Below, in pieces: positions 57,819 through 64,000 of a stretch of 64,000 bases of DNA. The notes below the pieces were generated by a model. That model made no database searches and was not told the origin of the DNA. It was given only the letters and a program-made list of their open reading frames with translations. Position numbers and translations under genes: made by a program. Within the stretch, counting starts at the first letter, position 1. Every line of letters starts with the position of its first letter. The stretch comes from the human T2T-CHM13v2.0 reference genome, Homo sapiens. The stretch lies in assembly GCF_009914755.1 (NCBI RefSeq), contig NC_060931.1, one strand, 5' to 3'.

Positions 57819-59056
57819 TCTGTCTCCATTTTTATTCACCGCCAATTTGTCTTCAACATGCCAGAGTGATATTTTTTCCAAAATTCGACTCCGATCACAT
57901 CAGTCACCTGCTTAAAATTCTTTAATAGTAACCCATATTCTACAGAATAAAGTTCATATTCTTTAGCATGGTAAATATGATTCTTACCATTTTTCTGCCT
58001 CATCTTCCAATGCTTGTCCTCAGGTACCCTGTGCTTAAGCCATATTGAGTGACTTGTAGTTCACTGAATGAGTGATGGCCCCTCTTGACACACATCTTTA
58101 CTTATATCATCTACCTGTTTGGAATTCACTTTTCACTCTCTACATCTGGTTAATACCTACTCATCTTCCAAAAAACACTTTGAAAGATGAGTATCCTATT
58201 GACCTAAGGAGATGGGGAAAAAGGCACGATTCAAAAGAGCCTTTGCTGTTCTCCACACTCTCCCTTAGGTGACCTTATCCAGGTCTCTATCTTGAAATAC
58301 CATCATACCACATGACCCCCAAGTCTTTACTCCAGCACAAAATCTACCCCTACAATTCTAAACCCACACACCCAAATGGAAAAGCACCTCAGACACAATA
58401 TATTTAAAATTGAACTCCTCCTCTTCTTCCAAAACCTTCTGCTATATCCCACAGTCCTGCATATCACTCACTGGACAGTCTTCTCTATCCCTATCCCTCC
58501 TGTCTTCCCACTGGACAGTTACCTGTCTTTGATTTCCACACACTCAGCATTGATGAGGAGTTTTAACAGAGCGCTTGCCACATGAGCTGTTTAGGGACAG
58601 TAGCCATGTCTGATCTCGTTAGTGCTCCAGGGCCAAATACATTTAATAAATGTTTGTTGAATAAATGAATGACTCCAAGAAAATGCACACCACTCACATG
58701 GTGGTTTTTATGATAATGGGATTTTGTATTTCTGATATTGTACAATGGCTACAATTTGCCTGATAGAAAATGCCTCTGGTTCATTCAACACCTTTAGTCA
58801 GCATGAAACTTGGCTCTTGCTCCTCAAACACCATACCAGCTTCCCCACCTTCTTGGTTTTGTTCACAGGGTCTCTTCAGTTCAGAATTTTCTTTTTAACA
58901 TCTCCTTGGGTCAATAAGCTACTCATCTTTCAAGATTCACTCTTATAAAATTTACCTGTTCCATTCTTCCCTCTGAGTCTTCTTTATCCTTCCCTCAAAC
59001 TTTTCTTTTGGTACCTACTATATTTTGCATTGCATTATACTATTTGTAGACGTGTC

Positions 59057-59355
<299 letters not shown>

Positions 59356-62300
59356 ACATGTCTTATCTTCCTACTATCCTACTGGATTGATATCCTGGGA
59401 ATCAGGCACTATATCTTATGTTCGTGTCTTGAAACAGCAAGGTCTCAATACATATATTTGATTAGATGGAGATAATTAGCTACTCAACAATAGTGAAGTG
59501 ACATCATGACAGTACCCTCTCACCACTCCTCCAGTGTGGTCAACAGTGGTATGGGATGCTTTTCCATTGTGCAATTACTAGATATTACATGAACAGTGCT
59601 GCTCAGCTATAAAGAAAATCCCAATCAGTCATCCCTTTTGGAACTTCATGATTGAAAATATTTTACTGTTGAAAACCACACAATTAGATGACATGTTGAC
59701 ATACTAAAATGTTTCCAAGCCAAAAAAGGAGGATAGGTGTTAAGTATTTTACCCTCAAACACTTTTAGTATATTACTGGACTCTGCGGTAACATGGTAAG
59801 TGCCCAAAGTGAACTCCTAGAATTGCTGTATTCCATGGCTTCTACCTTTTGAAGAAAGATACTGAGATCTATAGATCAATCTATGGATCAGTGGTGGGCA
59901 AGCCAGATAGAAACGCCCAAGTCAGAAAACCAACAGCCCACGTGGATGGTCAGATGTGGGTGGACATGCAATCAGCAAAGAGCAATTCTTGTTAGGCAGG
60001 ACAGTCATTACCACCTGGCCCTTGTCGTAGTGGTGGTGATGGAGGTGGGTGGATGTGTGGGACATGTACCCATGGGGTCCAACCAGAGCAAGAAGTGACC
60101 CAGACTCTGGCAATGGGGCATAAGGCACTTGACTACCACCCTTGACAGGGCAGGACTAGGGCAAGGGAAGCTATACTGCAGATCTGAACTAAAGTACAGG
60201 CAGGGAGCTAAAGGAGTGGCTCAGAGGGGATGGTTGGAGTCCAGGAACAAGAGTACTAGTCACTGGTCCTGTTTGAACAGTTCAAAAGAAAATGGCCTAG
60301 AGCTCCTTATAGAAACAAGGCTCTCCCCAGTAGAGGTAGAGGGATTGGAAAATGATGCAACAGGAAAGGAACGTATCGAAGTCTTGTCTTGTGTGTAACA
60401 AATCACTTGTCTTCAATTTTGCTTTTACTTACAAATACTTATTTTGAATGCAAAATTTTTACATTGATCAAAAAGGATTGTGGTTGAGAAATGAGGTTCT
60501 AGAGGCAAGACTGGCCCCAAAAGTCTAGGACAGGGCAGGATCTATGCATGGAGGCTAAAGGGCTCCAAGGAGCATGTCACTAAAGAGCCGCCAACGTAGG
60601 CATTTCACTCTACCATCTCACTCTAACACTGGCACATTTTAGGGCCAGAGTTCTAAGAATATCTACATTCACTTGTGCTGACCCTCCTCCCTCAAAGACT
60701 CCACCCCTTTTCTATGTGAGATCTGGCGGCAGAGGTCAGGCTGTGTAGTCAGGAATTGCTGTGCAGGCTTCAGTTGGGAGGGTGTTTGGGAAAGTTAAGG
60801 GTTGACAACTGGAAAATGGAAGTCTGGTTTCTCTAAATAAACTATTCAGAGGTGAAATTATAATCTTTAAAACCTTAACTCTTTCAGTTCATTAGACAAA
60901 TTTGCAATCTAAAGCTGAGGGTTTCATTTAGATATATCTGTTTGTACACTGACAATGCTGCATGAATTTTCAGATGACTAATCACTTGTTCCAGATTGAA
61001 ACACTGTGTGATTAGCTGTATAGCCTTTAGAACAAGTTAAACAGTTTGTTAGCAACACAACTTTTTTTTAAGCCATATATTTAGAATGTTTTAAAAATTA
61101 GGCATGTTATTGAAATGTATACCAATCTTCTCACATCAAAAACTGTAGTCACTAGCACTAACTGCTAAATGTCTCTTTCTCCCTAAATAGAATCTCAGAA
61201 GATCCACTAATCACTGTTACATAAACACAAAAACAAATGATCTAAAGTCACTCTCAGGTTACAGTTTGCAAGTTGTCCTTCCTGAATTTATCGTGAAATA
61301 ATTCCCTGTCAAGCTGGGGGTGGGTTGGTGGCAGCACCCAGATTAAACCAATACATTCCTGTGAACAAATTATCCAACAAATAGCAGCTCAAAGGGATGC
61401 TTTACATTGAGGCAAAACTGGAAAAATACAGCTTTTTTTTTTTCTTAAATTACATTTAAGGGGAAGAGTCAGAGGGAAAATATATTGATACCTATTTGTG
61501 AATGTCTTTCTAGAAGTTATACTTCAATCTTCTGCAGTTCTTGCTTTTTCAACATGTTAGCAATTGAGAGTTGTGGTGACTATGCAAGAAACCAGCAACA
61601 GCTGAAAATATCACATTCAAGAGGAGCAAAGTAACACCAACTTCTTCTCTAAATCCTGCCAAGAATTTCTGGTGACTCTCTGCAGAGACACTCATAGAAA
61701 ATTTAACAGGAATCTTGACCTGTTAGAACTTGCTCGGATGGATTACAATCCTTTTGCCTCAGAAGCTGTCACTAATAAAAGCTGTTTTTAAAGAAATACA
61801 AACTTTTTTTTTTCTTTTAAGCAACAAATCCAAGTTGTTCCTGACCTCCTTAAATTAAAAATCACCATTGGGTTCATTCAAAAGTATAAAATAAATATGA
61901 AATACTTAAGAAGACACATTGGCAGAGATTACTCTAAATTCACAAAGAAAACTCTGAGGTAATGCCAAATAAACTGTTATGTAATCATTTATTAAGCATG
62001 TGGGATTACTCAAACATACCAGTTACCTAATCTTTCAAGTGGAAAAAATATTTCATTGGTGGTGAAGTAGGGAATGGGGATCAGGGATGAGCAAACCAGA
62101 TAAAATATTTTAAAAATTCTATTCATGTACTCCAAAAATCTGGGGCTGTTCTAATCTTAAAACTTGCCTCAGTGGCTGCTGGTTTAGTTGCATGATTATA
62201 ATGTATTTTCCTTTCTGTTGCATATTTTTTTTTAAATCAGAGTGTGACAGCATTTTTCTTTGGGTCTTTGCATGTGCATAAGCAGAAAAATCCCAAGCCC

Positions 62301-64000
62301 TCCACATTTGAAGTAGATATTGGAATAACCATTTTATTTCTGCATCCAAACCATCTCTGGTGTCTTAATGCTACCTGGTAGGCAGGGTACTATAGTGGTG
62401 AAGGGTTTGTATTAAGACAGACTTTATTTTGAAGCCCAGCTCTGACATTTACTAGCTACTTAAATTTGTGCAAATTATTTAATCTAAGTTTCATTTGCTT
62501 TGGCTGAAATATTGTGATATCTTGCTCATATAAACCATTTCACATAGCGTGCAACACTTAATAAGTGTTCAATAAATACTAGTTAGTATTATGAGAATTC
62601 TTTTCAACATGATTTTCCTCAAAGGAAAAACATTTTGGTGATGAAGGTCTGGGAATGGGGTGAGTACAGCCATGGGACTTTTGGAAGTCCCTCTAAATGG
62701 CTTCATCACCGTCATGAAAAAGTAGTCCAGTTTGAAACTAGGTGAGAGCCCACATACCATCACTTCTGTAGAAAGGAGACAGGGCCAGAAGATGCCACCC
62801 TCAGGAAGTCAGAGAGCAGTCTACACTGGGAAATGCAAACTAAGTGGCTCAACTGTGCCCTCTGGAAACTGTATTTTAGAAAAATATCACTATGGACTGA
62901 TACACATATTGCCACTGCAAAGTAGGATGAATATTTGAAGGTGTTCTTGTTACTACTAACAAGAAGTCCATGAAAGTTTCACTGTGCACCCATCCTCCAA
63001 TATCTACTCACTTACAAGTTACAGAACCCATATATGAGAAAGCAAATCCTCCTCTGTGCATTTTATATCCCCCCCATTGCCCTCTTAATACCTGCACCTG
63101 AAAACTAGTATTCATTGCTGTAACGGGAGACAGAAGGAGGGAATGGCAGAAACTATAAAACAAAATTGCATTGGATAATTTCTCCGAGTTGTAAGAAGAA
63201 TGAAGGTTATTACCATAATATTCAGAGAAAAAGTAAAGCAATGCTTTGAAGTAGTAACTGAAGACTGAGAAGCAATGCCATAATTCTCTGAAACCTGTTG
63301 TTTCTTCTAGTTGTCTGTTCAACATCATGCAGTTTCTATCTTTTGAGATCCTGCAGGGAAAAAAAATGCCATTGGAAATTTAGGTTTTGAAACCAGTTGA
63401 GAAAAAGAGTTTTCTGCATTTTGAATTTTATATAGCATGATTTATGTTCCTCCATAAGAGAGCTGGAACAGCTCTAGCAAGTTGCCTAATCCCACTGCCA
63501 AGGTGCATATTTAGTCAGGCCAGTTCTTCCACAAGAAATAGATATTCGTCTAAAATGCCACCTCCACCTACATTTCTCTCAATAGCATGTTGGACACACA
63601 CTTCTGCATGTCCAAAATTTCATGGTTAATGGTCCCTTTTTCCAATTATAAGAGAACAGATGATTTAGCTTTGACAAAATGATTAAAGGATATGTATTTC
63701 CTACATCAGTGACTTAAACTCTCATATTTAGAAATAAATTATGCAGCAATTTGATATGAACCATCCTGCATAAAACAGCCTGTAGTCACCAAATCTTTCA
63801 ACTAGCCTGTTTTCACCACTGAACCATTATCAGTCTTGTGGGTAAGAATTACAAATATGAATCTCCTCCTTACCCTTTTGTTTCACCAACATTTTCCCAT
63901 TAGATTAGATGCTGAGTGCAGTCATGTAAACCTCCCAAGAATCATGACCTACGGATAAAAAGCTACTTCTCGACCTAAGTGGAGTCAGCCACAGAATAAT

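Noticed and set aside
59400-64000. Possible 3' exons of the next gene (WASL, from recall)
   Set aside because: No recognisable coding exon on either strand; that gene probably ends beyond the window.

Overview
Human (or very close hominid) genomic DNA from the striated-muscle ASB15-LMOD2 locus (7q31 from recall); both genes are on the + strand. ASB15: nine coding exons from 1270 to 23739 splice via GT-AG into 1767 nt = 588 aa + stop (ankyrin repeats plus C-terminal SOCS box). Its 5' non-coding exons lie mostly upstream of the window and its 3'UTR probably ends near 26220. LMOD2 (cardiac leiomodin-2): promoter at about 42380-42620 and three exons (CDS 42720-42992, 48618-49961, 50477-50503) giving 1644 nt = 547 aa + stop, with several poly(A) signals up to about 51040. 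The rest is intronic or intergenic DNA rich in Alu, L1/HAL1, L2, MIR, LTR (LTR8 nested in a MER4-group LTR, MLT1) and DNA-transposon fossils plus microsatellites. Nearly all other ORFs in the track are repeat-derived or antisense shadows. I found no support for a wholly new gene system. The most notable unexplained structures are: a 25-nt templated insertion inside an Alu copied from 858 bp upstream; a ~91-bp tandem duplication of the LMOD2 poly(A) cassette with the second hexamer mutated; a uORF and an open in-frame 5'UTR in LMOD2; an intron-2 read-through that keeps the WH2 LKRV motif; an orphan A47 tract in the ASB15 3'UTR; and several fold-back or template-switch scars. Repeat subfamily names are from recall of consensus sequences, not from a search.
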